This document shows, one piece after another, positions 1-10,508 of a stretch of 64,000 bases of DNA. Source of the DNA: Nitrospirota bacterium (GTDB taxonomy: Bacteria > Nitrospirota > UBA9217); the NCBI GenBank assembly GCA_963818475.1, contig CAWFSF010000006.1:1952001-2016000 (forward strand), given 5' to 3'. Position 1 is the stretch's first letter; the number at the start of each line of letters is the position of its first letter. Below the pieces are notes generated by a model. It saw only the letters and a program-made list of their open reading frames with translations, did not search any database and was not told where the DNA came from. The position numbers were made by a program, and so were the translations under genes.

Positions 1-64
1 GTGATCTCTGTGGCTTCGTGTGAGATGGGCTTTAAATGATCCGTAGAGGATCGAGGAGAATGTC

Positions 65-922
65 ATGCCAAGAATAATCACAGGATTTCTGCATTCTCTT
101 TTCGTGAAAGCGACTGGTAGCCTGGTTCTGCTTGCCGCTTTCGCGTGCAGCCTGGCTTCCTGCGGAGACGACTCTCTTCTCAATATTATTAAGACGAGGC
201 CTTCACCTACCACATCCGGAGAGGATGGCCAGTATATCGAGACGTCCAACCTCGCAATCGTCGCAGAAACGTACTACCTGGATGATCTTCACCCGACCCA
301 CGGCACAATGACCATTCATCTCAGGCGGAACGACACATTGGAAGTTGTGCGGCTCGGAAGCACTGACGATCTGACGGTTACTCTCGGCGGTATACCCCTG
401 ACGATCAACGAAAGTGGAATTTACGGCTGCGACGGCCCTGTCGGTCCGTGCCAGTATTATTATGGCTATTCTGCTCTGTTTGACAACGGTGTCGGAGGAA
501 ATCCGGTCACGATCAATTTCTCCCGGCTTTCGGGCGATAATGGTTCGATTGCCGGCACGTTGCCTCCCAATCCGGTGTTCAGCTCGCCGTCACAAGGCAG
601 CAACATACATTTCCCGGACGACCCGCTGACTGTTTCATGGCAGGCCGGAGAAACAGGCGACCATGTCGATCTTGAGCTGAGGGGAGATTGCGTGTACGCC
701 TACAAATTCATTCCGGAACCAACGAATTCCGTCGCTTATAGCGCAGGAGACCCGGATCTTCATTGGTACGAAAACAGCAGCTCCTGTGAAACCGCGTCAT
801 CGGACACGGTTGTGATAAAAGCGGTCCGCACCCGGTCCTATGATGCTGCGGAAGCTCTTGGTCCGTACAGTCTGCTTACCCTGTCCACGGAGGATCTTAT
901 TTCGATCTCGGTGAACAGGTGA
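65..922 (+). CDS. Hypothetical lipoprotein
   Basis: 285-aa ORF after a GAGGAG RBS; hydrophobic N-terminus ending in lipobox-like LASC; beta-rich Gly/Thr/Ser body. Confidence 0.7.
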   Translation: MPRIITGFLHSLFVKATGSLVLLAAFACSLASCGDDSLLNIIKTRPSPTTSGEDGQYIETSNLAIVAETYYLDDLHPTHGTMTIHLRRNDTLEVVRLGSTDDLTVTLGGIPLTINESGIYGCDGPVGPCQYYYGYSALFDNGVGGNPVTINFSRLSGDNGSIAGTLPPNPVFSSPSQGSNIHFPDDPLTVSWQAGETGDHVDLELRGDCVYAYKFIPEPTNSVAYSAGDPDLHWYENSSSCETASSDTVVIKAVRTRSYDAAEALGPYSLLTLSTEDLISISVNR

Positions 923-945
923 TGTGACCGGCAAGGTGAGTGATC

Positions 946-1097
946 AGAGCCTATCTCAAAATCAGTTTTTTGCTTTCGTCCGTCTTTTTGCGTCATTCCC
1001 GTGTAAACGGGAATCCAGTGTTTTCGGCCTTTTCTGGATACCCGCTTTCGCGAGTATGACGAACTTTGAATAGAGAATCAATTTTGAGATAGGTTCT
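946..1097. mobile_element. MITE-like element with 17-bp terminal inverted repeats enclosing a CGTC-type REP-like palindrome
   Basis: AGAGCCTATCTCAAAAT (946-962) vs ATTTTGAGATAGGTTCT (1081-1097), 16/17 complementary; internal CGTCATTCCCG..GGGAATCCAG / CTGGATACCCG..TATGACG (991-1061); no transposase. Confidence 0.55.
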
Positions 1098-1159
1098 AGT
1101 AACTACGCTCGTTCACTTGAACTCCAAGCGGTCTCCTCCATCTGCCCCAGTCACAACGC

Positions 1160-1188
1160 TTGACATTTATAAACATTTTGTTTATAAT
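1160..1188 (+). promoter_or_regulatory. sigma70 promoter of higBA with overlapping palindromic operator
   Basis: TTGACA (1160-1165), 17 bp, TATAAT (1183-1188); palindrome TTATAAACA-TTT-TGTTTATAA (1167-1187). Confidence 0.85.
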
Positions 1189-1194
1189 TTCTTC

Positions 1195-1476
1195 ATGATT
1201 CAGACGTTTGCCTCTTCCGAAACGGAACACTTCTTTGCCACCGGGAAATCACGTCGCTTGCCGCAGGATATATTGAAGCGTGCGGCAATGCGCTTAACGC
1301 AGCTGGATGGGGCCGCAAGCCTCGAAGATTTGCGTTTCCCTCCTTCAAACAGACTGGAGTCCCTCGCTCGTGACCGCGCCGGGCAATGGAGCATTCGCAT
1401 TAACGACCAGTGGCGCGTATGTTTCCGTTTTGAAAATGGCGATGCTTATGACGTTGAAATCGCTGATTATCACTAA
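1195..1476 (+). CDS. higB: HigB (RelE/ParE family) toxin
   Basis: MIQTF...PPSNRLESL..DRAGQWSIRINDQWRVCFRF...VEIADYH is the typical HigB signature; toxin-first order. Confidence 0.92.
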   Translation: MIQTFASSETEHFFATGKSRRLPQDILKRAAMRLTQLDGAASLEDLRFPPSNRLESLARDRAGQWSIRINDQWRVCFRFENGDAYDVEIADYH

Positions 1477-1489
1477 AGGAGATACAGAC

Positions 1490-1786
1490 ATGGTTAAGAA
1501 TGGTTTGCCTGCAATTCATCCGGGAGAATTCCTGGTAGAAATTTTGGGAGAGATGGGTATATCTCAGGCTGAGTTCGCGCGCACTATCGGGGTATCGCCG
1601 ATGCGGATTTCGCATGTAATCAAGGGGGATCGTCCGGTAACGGCGGAACTGGCGTTATTGTTTGGTCGTGCGTTTAACCAGACGCCGCAATACTGGCTCA
1701 ATCTTCAGGCGTCTTACGATTTAAAAATTGCGAAGGCGAGCATCGGTAAGCGCCTTGCTGGTATTCATGCCCTCGCGCATGCCTAG
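1490..1786 (+). CDS. higA: HigA antitoxin (XRE HTH)
   Basis: IHPGEFL...SQAEFARTIGVSPMRIS...TPQYWLNLQASYDL; AAGGAG RBS. Confidence 0.92.
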   Translation: MVKNGLPAIHPGEFLVEILGEMGISQAEFARTIGVSPMRISHVIKGDRPVTAELALLFGRAFNQTPQYWLNLQASYDLKIAKASIGKRLAGIHALAHA

Positions 1787-2966
1787 TTTCCCGTCAATCG
1801 CAACCAATATCATCGACGAATGCTACGCTCGTTCGCTTGAACTCCTGGAGAAGAACTCCCACGGACACGGCGTGATCGCGGCGGCGCTGACGAAAAAGTC
1901 CGTTGACCGGAACTATGCCAGCATCTTCGGCAGGGACGCGGCCATCTGTTCGCTCGGCATGGTCGCCTCGGGCGACAAAGCGCTCATCCGCCACGCGAAG
2001 AAGAGCCTCCTCACCCTTGCCCGCTTCCAGGCGCCGAACGGCCAGATCCCGAAATACGTGAAGCCGGAAAAACGCGAGTCCGACTTCTGGTACTCCGGCT
2101 GCATCGATGCAACGCTCTGGTGGCTCTATGCGGTGGATAACTTCGACCGCGCCGTTCCCTCTTCGGGCCTCAAGAAGAAGCTGGAGCCAAAGATTGCCAG
2201 GGCATTGGGCTGGCTTTTCTGCCAGGAGCATCAGGGCATGTTCCTGGTGCAGCAAAACGAAGCGAGCGACTGGGCGGACATCATGCCGCGCTCGGGGTTC
2301 GTGCTTTATTCAAACACCCTGTGGTACGCGGTGAAGAAGCAGTACGGCATCCGCACCGCCGCCAAAACGCGCCACTTCTTCAGCCACATCTTCTTCCCCT
2401 TTGACCAGTCCTGCTCCGAACACCACCGCGCCAAAATACTGACCGAGTACGTGATGGGCGGGGCAAAACAGCGCGATTTTTTCCTTAGCTTTGTGAACTT
2501 CTCCTTCTGGGGCGAGGACGTGGACGTGTTCGGAAACGTCCTGGCGTGCCTGTTCAACATCCCCTCCGCAGAGAAGCGCGAGCTCATTGTCGACCGCCTG
2601 CTCAAGCGGCGCGCGAACCAGCCCTGGCCCATCCGCACGATGCTCTCTCCTATCAGCGAGGACAGCTCCTTCTGGAGGCCCTATATGGACCGGCACAAGC
2701 AGAACCGGCCCTACCAGTATCATAACGGCGGCATCTGGCCTTTCGTTGCGGGCTTCTGGATACTGCTGCTGCTCAAGCTGGGACGGAGGGATCTGGCGAA
2801 AGAAGAGCTGGAACGATACGCCGGGGCGTGCAAACTGAACAACTGGGAGTTCAACGAATGGCTGCACGGCAAGACCGGCAAACCCATGGGCATGGCTGGG
2901 CAGTCCTGGAACGCAGCCATGTTCGTGCTTGCCTGTCAGGCCATGCGTGGCAGCGTGAAGTTTTAG
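1779..2966 (+). CDS. Glycoside hydrolase, GH100/amylo-alpha-1,6-glucosidase-like (alpha/alpha)6 barrel
   Basis: NYASIFGRDAAI, GQIP, IDATLWW, YHNGGIWP, FNEW, QSWNAA motifs. Confidence 0.8.
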   Translation: MPSFPSIATNIIDECYARSLELLEKNSHGHGVIAAALTKKSVDRNYASIFGRDAAICSLGMVASGDKALIRHAKKSLLTLARFQAPNGQIPKYVKPEKRESDFWYSGCIDATLWWLYAVDNFDRAVPSSGLKKKLEPKIARALGWLFCQEHQGMFLVQQNEASDWADIMPRSGFVLYSNTLWYAVKKQYGIRTAAKTRHFFSHIFFPFDQSCSEHHRAKILTEYVMGGAKQRDFFLSFVNFSFWGEDVDVFGNVLACLFNIPSAEKRELIVDRLLKRRANQPWPIRTMLSPISEDSSFWRPYMDRHKQNRPYQYHNGGIWPFVAGFWILLLLKLGRRDLAKEELERYAGACKLNNWEFNEWLHGKTGKPMGMAGQSWNAAMFVLACQAMRGSVKF

Positions 2967-3002
2967 CGGGTTGCTGAAAGGTATCTTTTCACGTTTTCTT
3001 CC

Positions 3003-4043
3003 TTACGAAGCGTTCCCTTTCTCGCGCAGATGCACGGTACGCTGCGGGAACGGGATCTCGATGCCTTCCGCCTTGAACCGCTTGAATATCCGCTTTCTGA
3101 GCTCATGCTGCGCGAGATACTGGTCCGTGAACTCGGCGACCTGGCAGATGAGCGTGAAATCCAGCGAACTCTCGCTGAATCCGGGGATGAACCGCACAAA
3201 GGGCTCGGGTTCGGCGAGCAGCCCCGGAATGTTCTTCGCCCCCTCTTTCGCTTCTTCGACCAGTACCCTCTCCACCTGCTCCGGATCGCAGGCATAAGAT
3301 ACGGAAATCGGGATAAGAAGGGACATCTGTTTTTCCGGGAGGTAATAGTTCGTCACCACGCTTTGAGCAAGCTTGCTGTTCGGGACAACGACGATATTGT
3401 TCGGCAGCATTCGCACCCGCGTGGTACGCCAGGTGATATCGTCGACATAGCCTTCCTGCCCGGATTCCAGCCTGATAAAATCGCCGATCCTGACGGACTT
3501 TTCCGTTAGGACATGGATGCCGGCGAAGAGGTTAGCGAGCGTATCCTGGAGCGCTAGCGCAACTGCCAGCCCGCCCACACCGAGGGCGGTGATCATAGGG
3601 GTGATGGAAATGCCGAGCAAGCTGAGGACGATCAGTATGCCGATGCCGTAAATGGCGCCCTGCATTACGCCGCTGGCGAGCCCGGTCGCGGAAATGGGCA
3701 GGTTCGACTTTCCCACATACTGGTGGACCGCTTTAACCGACAGTTTTGCCAGAGCGAACGTGACGGAGAGGATGATCAGCACATGGATCATTCTGGCGAT
3801 AGGCAGGGCATACCGCGCGGGAAGGTCCGAAACTTCGATGCCCAGATAGACGCCGAGCGCAAGAGCCCAGAAGACCGAGGGCACCCTGAATGACTCCATG
3901 ATCATATCGTCGGCCTTTGTTGCGGTCTTCCCGGCCCAACGATGCAGAATGCGGAACGACACCGACCTGACGATCAGCAGAACGACAATGAACCCCAGCG
4001 ACACGGCTGCCGGTGTGATGATCTTTTTCATGACGGGATCCAT
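3003..4043 (-). CDS. mscS: Small-conductance mechanosensitive channel
   Basis: LGVGGLAVALALQDTLANLFAG, IGDFI, G.V.DITWRTT, VPNS, GIEIPFPQRTV. Confidence 0.92.
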   Translation of the reverse strand: MDPVMKKIITPAAVSLGFIVVLLIVRSVSFRILHRWAGKTATKADDMIMESFRVPSVFWALALGVYLGIEVSDLPARYALPIARMIHVLIILSVTFALAKLSVKAVHQYVGKSNLPISATGLASGVMQGAIYGIGILIVLSLLGISITPMITALGVGGLAVALALQDTLANLFAGIHVLTEKSVRIGDFIRLESGQEGYVDDITWRTTRVRMLPNNIVVVPNSKLAQSVVTNYYLPEKQMSLLIPISVSYACDPEQVERVLVEEAKEGAKNIPGLLAEPEPFVRFIPGFSESSLDFTLICQVAEFTDQYLAQHELRKRIFKRFKAEGIEIPFPQRTVHLREKGNAS

Positions 4044-4186
4044 TCTATGGACTCAGCTCCATGCCAGAAATGATAAGCTCTCCGGATTTATATATAATTA
4101 AGTATAGCAATTCCCCATGCTAGTATTACTGTGACAGGTGAAAAGTTGAAATGATCAGCATTCTCCGAAGCTATGCAGGGCTGAAG

Positions 4187-5200
4187 CTATCCCCTCCCTC
4201 GCAGCCGGAATAAAAGGACGATATTCACGAGATAGGCGAAAATCAGCGCGAGCGCGTCCCATCCGATGCGTAAAGCAGTTTTCTTTTCCAGCCGGTACAT
4301 GAGGCTCACGACGACGATACCCGTCATAATGATCGCGATTATTCCGGTTATCGCATGATTCTGGGACACCGCATTGAATAAAGGGCCCTGCGGGTAGGCA
4401 AGATCGTCAATGGCGAGGATCACCATATTGAACAGATTGCTTCCAAGGAGGTTCGCGATCGCCATGTCCGCTGCTCCGATCCGGAGCGCCGAGATCGATA
4501 CGGCCAGTTCCGGAAGCGACGTGGTCATGGCGATAAGGATGGACCCCACGAAGCTCCTGCCGAGGCCGGTCGCCCCGGCCAGCCGGTCGCCGATGAACGG
4601 AAGCCATGTTGCGGCAGCGACGATGACCAGGGCGTTCAGTCCATATTTGATCGATGCTTCTTTTGTGGAAATATGTCCGTACTGAAGCGCGGGGGCGATT
4701 GCTCCGATGTGGGGGGCCGCCTGCCGTTTCTGGAACAGGAATACGCTCCGCATGGAAAGAGCATATAATCCGATGATGAGCGGAGTGGAAAGCGAGATCT
4801 GTCCGACCGAAGGGATCCCTGTTGCAGCAGCGACGGAAAACGTGGCGATCCCCATCAGGATCACGCCGAATCCCGCGCTCAGAATGTGGCTGTGCTCGGC
4901 TCGGGAGAAGATCGGTTTCGGACCGTGCAGCATGTCCATGAGGGCGATAAGGGAGAGATTGAGCACACAACTCCCCATCACGTCTCCGAGGGCGATATCG
5001 GGAACCCCGGCGAAGGCAACGGAACTGACTCCGGTGATCAGCTCCGGCAGGGAGGTGACGCCGGCCATCAGGATAAGCCCGATCCACGCTCTCCCCAGCC
5101 CGGTCTTTTCCGCGATCACGTCCCCGTAGCGCGACAGATTCGTACCGCAGAAAACGATGAGGGCGGAGCAGAACAGGAACTCAAACCACAGCAACGTCAT
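4187..5200 (-). CDS. Sodium:calcium exchanger (CaCA, YrbG-like)
   Basis: Two alpha-repeats, TSLPEL..GD..GS and TSLPEL..NLLGSN; about 10 TM segments. Confidence 0.9.
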   Translation of the reverse strand: MTLLWFEFLFCSALIVFCGTNLSRYGDVIAEKTGLGRAWIGLILMAGVTSLPELITGVSSVAFAGVPDIALGDVMGSCVLNLSLIALMDMLHGPKPIFSRAEHSHILSAGFGVILMGIATFSVAAATGIPSVGQISLSTPLIIGLYALSMRSVFLFQKRQAAPHIGAIAPALQYGHISTKEASIKYGLNALVIVAAATWLPFIGDRLAGATGLGRSFVGSILIAMTTSLPELAVSISALRIGAADMAIANLLGSNLFNMVILAIDDLAYPQGPLFNAVSQNHAITGIIAIIMTGIVVVSLMYRLEKKTALRIGWDALALIFAYLVNIVLLFRLRGRG

Positions 5201-5250
5201 GGGAGAACTCCCTTCGCGGTAATGAACCTCCCCATAGCAAGCTTCCAACT

Positions 5251-5290
5251 CTCCTCTCCCTTCGATGGGAGGGGATCAAGGGGAGGGTGA
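5251..5290. repeat. REP-like palindrome (CCTCTCCC..GGGAGGGG..GGGGAGGG type)
   Basis: CTCCTCTCCC-TTCGAT-GGGAGGGGA hairpin followed by GGGGAGGGTGA, intergenic. Confidence 0.45.
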
Positions 5291-5322
5291 AGTATCCCGG
5301 CGTTCATTCTCGTCTGTGCAAG

Positions 5323-6540
5323 TTAAACGGAACATTCTTCGGGCAGATTCTTCATCAACGGTTTCAGCGCGAGAGGAGCGAGAAGCGTCGTCACCGCCAC
5401 GACGAAAACGACCACGGCGTAGACGGAGTCATCGAATATGCCGTTCCTTCTGCCCACTTCGGCGAAAATGAGCCCCACCTCGCCGCGCGGCACCATCGCC
5501 ATACCGGTGGACAGTTTGCAGTCCCACCCGCCCTTCACCCAGAGACCGCTGAGGAGTTTGGAAAGAATGGCAGCCGCGGACAGCGACCCGGCGAACCACC
5601 AGAACGCTCCGGAGGTCGCGTCGATCACCCGAAAATTGATAGAGGCGCCCACCATGACGAAGAATACGGGAACGAACAGATCGATGATGGGCGTCATGCT
5701 GTCCTCGATCTTTTTCGCGATACTCTGGCTGTAATGTTCGATGGCCGATCCTAGAGGAAGAAAGAACCGTCTTGCCAGAGCGATGCCGGCGGCAAAAGAA
5801 CCAAGGATCTCGGGAGCGCCCACCTTGTGGGAAATGACCGCCAGTCCCAGGATCATCGAAATGATGAGCGTGGGGATCATGCCCTTCGTTTTACTGTTCG
5901 CGGAAAGCTTAGCCATCGTGGGCACGAAGAGCTTGGCGATGACCGGGGCGACAACCAGAAAGACCGTGATGAACACCACGATCCTGACCGTGTCCGCAAT
6001 GCTGACCGCTCCCTTGACGGCAAAGTCATACAGCACCGCGAGGATAACCACGCCGATAATATCGTCGAGAACCGCGGCGCCCAGGATGATTTGCGAGATG
6101 ACCGTGTTCTGTTTTTTCAGGTCCGTCAGGACCCGCACGGTGATGCCGATGCTCGTGGCCACGACGGTCCCTCCGATGAAGAGCGAGGGGATCAGCGCCA
6201 GGTTGAACCAGAAATAAGCGAGGTAAAAGCCCGCGACCGCGGGAACAACGACGCCCGTCAAGGCCACCAGTGCGGATTGGACGCCGACCTTGATGATCCG
6301 GCCGACGTCCGTTTCGAGCCCCACCTCGAACAGGAGCAGCAGGATCCCGCTCTCCGCCAGGAGCTAGAACGTGGCATCCGGTTGGATGAATCCGAGCAGG
6401 CTCGGGCCGATCACGATCCCGGCCGTGACCTCCCCCAGCACCGGCGGCATGCGGAGGCGCGCGAAGACCTCGGCGAACAGCTTCGCCGAAAGGATGATCA
6501 CCAGCAGCTTGATGAAGAACTCCGAAACTTCCATGGACAT
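5323..6540 (-). CDS. Cation:proton antiporter (CPA2/KefB family), interrupted by an in-frame TAG at 6364-6366
   Basis: MSMEVSEFFIKLL..PPVLGEV.AGI.IGPSLLG..TF*LLAESG..LLLFEVGLETD; TSIGIT, AAVLDD, MVPRGEVG; same frame on both sides of the stop. Confidence 0.85.
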
Positions 6541-6554
6541 GCTCCCCGAAGCTG

Positions 6555-6660
6555 AAAAAAGAAAAGGCCGGCAAAAAGAATTAACTTTTTGTCAGCCCTC
6601 TCTCCCGACGGTTTGGAACTCCGTCAGGCGCGTCAGTCCGCAGATACCATTTTTATTAAC
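6555..6660 (-). ncRNA. Candidate cis-regulatory leader RNA (riboswitch-like) with intrinsic terminator
   Basis: Lies between the promoter at 6667-6695 and the antiporter ATG; 8-bp hairpin at 6604-6628; terminator hairpin at 6565-6598 followed by a U-tract. Confidence 0.55.
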
Positions 6661-6666
6661 AGTTTG

Positions 6667-6695
6667 AGTATATTCTATAGAAGCCTTTGTGTCAA
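6667..6695 (-). promoter_or_regulatory. sigma70 promoter for the CPA2 antiporter leader
   Basis: TTGACA (6695-6690), 17 bp, TATACT (6672-6667). Confidence 0.75.
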
Positions 6696-6704
6696 ACGCA
6701 TCCC

Positions 6705-7970
6705 TCAGTGTAGTAGTACATAGGCAACCGCACCGCCTATGTAGCCAATGAGGGCAAGAAGGCTGATCCTCCGGACATACCAGAAAAACTCGATCTTTTC
6801 GATGCCCATAGCGGCGACGCCCGCTGCTGACCCGATGATCAGGATCGAACCGCCTGTTCCTGCCGCGTAGGCGAGAAACTCCCACAGGGACGAATCGGTC
6901 GGGAACTGCGTCATGGAATACATTCCCATGGAAGCCGCAACAAGCGGCACGTTATCAATGATCGCGCTGACCAGTCCGAAAATGGAAACAATGATCGCCT
7001 GGTTGCCAACAACCTTGTCGAGCCATTGTGCCAAAGAGGTCAGGATATGAGTGTGTTCAAGCGTCGCCACGGCAAGAAGAATCCCGATGAAGAATACGAG
7101 CGACGACATGTCGATCCGTTGAAGGGCCGACACAAGCGTCAAGCGCTGCTTCTCTCCTTCTTCTTTATTGCGGTGGATCAGCTCGCCGGCCAGCCAGAGG
7201 AGTCCCAGGCCGAACAAAATGCCCATAAATGGGGGCAAGTGGGTCAAGGTTTTGAAGATGGGAACGGCGCAGAGTATGCCGATCCCTGCGAAGAACATGA
7301 AGCTCCTCTCGAATGAGGTTGTTTCATATCTGCCTTCGTTTTCCGCTGCCTTTTCGGGGCCGACAACAGGCTTTCCCCGAATCATATAGCTGATGACGGC
7401 CAATGGCACCGCCATATTGACTACGGAAGGGATAAAGACGCCTTTGATGATCGCGAGAGCGGTAATTTGCCCTCCTATCCAGAGCATGGTGGTGGTCACG
7501 TCTCCAATGGGCGACCACGCGCCGCCGGCGTTGGCTGCGATGACAATGATCCCCGCGAAGAACAGCCTGTCGTCTTTCTTGCCCAACAGCTTCCGGGTCA
7601 GAGACAACATCACGATGGTCGTTGTCAGGTTGTCGAGCACAGCGCTCAGGAAGAACGTGACAAAGCCGATCAGCCACAGCAGGCTCGTCATCTTTGCCGT
7701 GTTGATCCTGTCCGTAATGACGTTAAAACCGTCATGCGCGTCGACGACCTCAACGATTGTCATTGCGCCCATAAGAAAAAAAACGATCTGCGCGGTTGCG
7801 GAAAGAGTTTCGTTCAGCTGCTCGGTTACCTGGCCCGTGAAGACCGCGTAGATGGTCCATAACAGGCCGGCGCCTACCAGGGCGGGTGCGCTTTTATTGA
7901 CCTTGAGCGGATGTTCGAGAGCGATTGCCGCATAGGCTATCACGAAAACAATGATCAGCAAAGTATTCAT
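6705..7970 (-). CDS. nhaD: Na+/H+ antiporter NhaD
   Basis: EHPLKVNKS, FFLMGAMTIVE, LDNLTTT, AANAGGAWSPIGDVTTTMLW, AIIDNVPL, GGSILIIGSAAGV. Confidence 0.93.
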   Translation of the reverse strand: MNTLLIIVFVIAYAAIALEHPLKVNKSAPALVGAGLLWTIYAVFTGQVTEQLNETLSATAQIVFFLMGAMTIVEVVDAHDGFNVITDRINTAKMTSLLWLIGFVTFFLSAVLDNLTTTIVMLSLTRKLLGKKDDRLFFAGIIVIAANAGGAWSPIGDVTTTMLWIGGQITALAIIKGVFIPSVVNMAVPLAVISYMIRGKPVVGPEKAAENEGRYETTSFERSFMFFAGIGILCAVPIFKTLTHLPPFMGILFGLGLLWLAGELIHRNKEEGEKQRLTLVSALQRIDMSSLVFFIGILLAVATLEHTHILTSLAQWLDKVVGNQAIIVSIFGLVSAIIDNVPLVAASMGMYSMTQFPTDSSLWEFLAYAAGTGGSILIIGSAAGVAAMGIEKIEFFWYVRRISLLALIGYIGGAVAYVLLH

Positions 7971-8075
7971 AGTTTCCAGACCTGTTCAGGATTTCCCCTT
8001 CCTTTTTGCAACTATTCAGCATCTCTTCCGCAGTTACGCAGATGAATGCGGATTAAAAACACTTTCAGTCTAAGC

Positions 8076-8147
8076 AACCGCGAATGAACGCGAATAGACG
8101 CTAATAACTCTTTCTGAATTCGTGTTTATTCGCGTTCATTAGCGGTT
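8076..8147. repeat. 9-mer-period inverted repeat (empty)
   Basis: AACCGCGAATGAACGCGAATAGACGCTAAT vs ATTCGTGTTTATTCGCGTTCATTAGCGGTT; a related CGCAG/CGGA-type half-site at about 8027-8054. Confidence 0.75.
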
Positions 8148-8363
8148 TTCGGTTTTTTCCTCTTCGCTTGACTTCCAAAATCCCCCGCCAAGAGCTTCTC
8201 CCTGCAGTTGTGCTGAGCAAATATACTATGCATGGTTGATTACTGCAAGGAATTTGCCGGAGGATGCCATAACCGCCAAAGATACCGTCGTCTGCAGCAA
8301 AAAAACGGGGATTGGATAACTGCTCCAATCCCCCTGGTCATTTCAGTTCACCGCAGTGCGGGT

Positions 8364-10340
<1,977 letters not shown>

Positions 10341-10508
10341 TATTTCTCCTTCCTGTTCAGTAATGCTTCTCTTGGGAAGAACCTGTTGCTCTGCATACTT
10401 AGATAACTGTAGGGGAAGCTGGAGAAAAAGTCAAGGGCAAGGAGCAGACCGCGAATACCGGCCTGCCCCTGCCCAGATTTGTAAAGCACTGCAGAGGAGT
10501 TGATGGTG

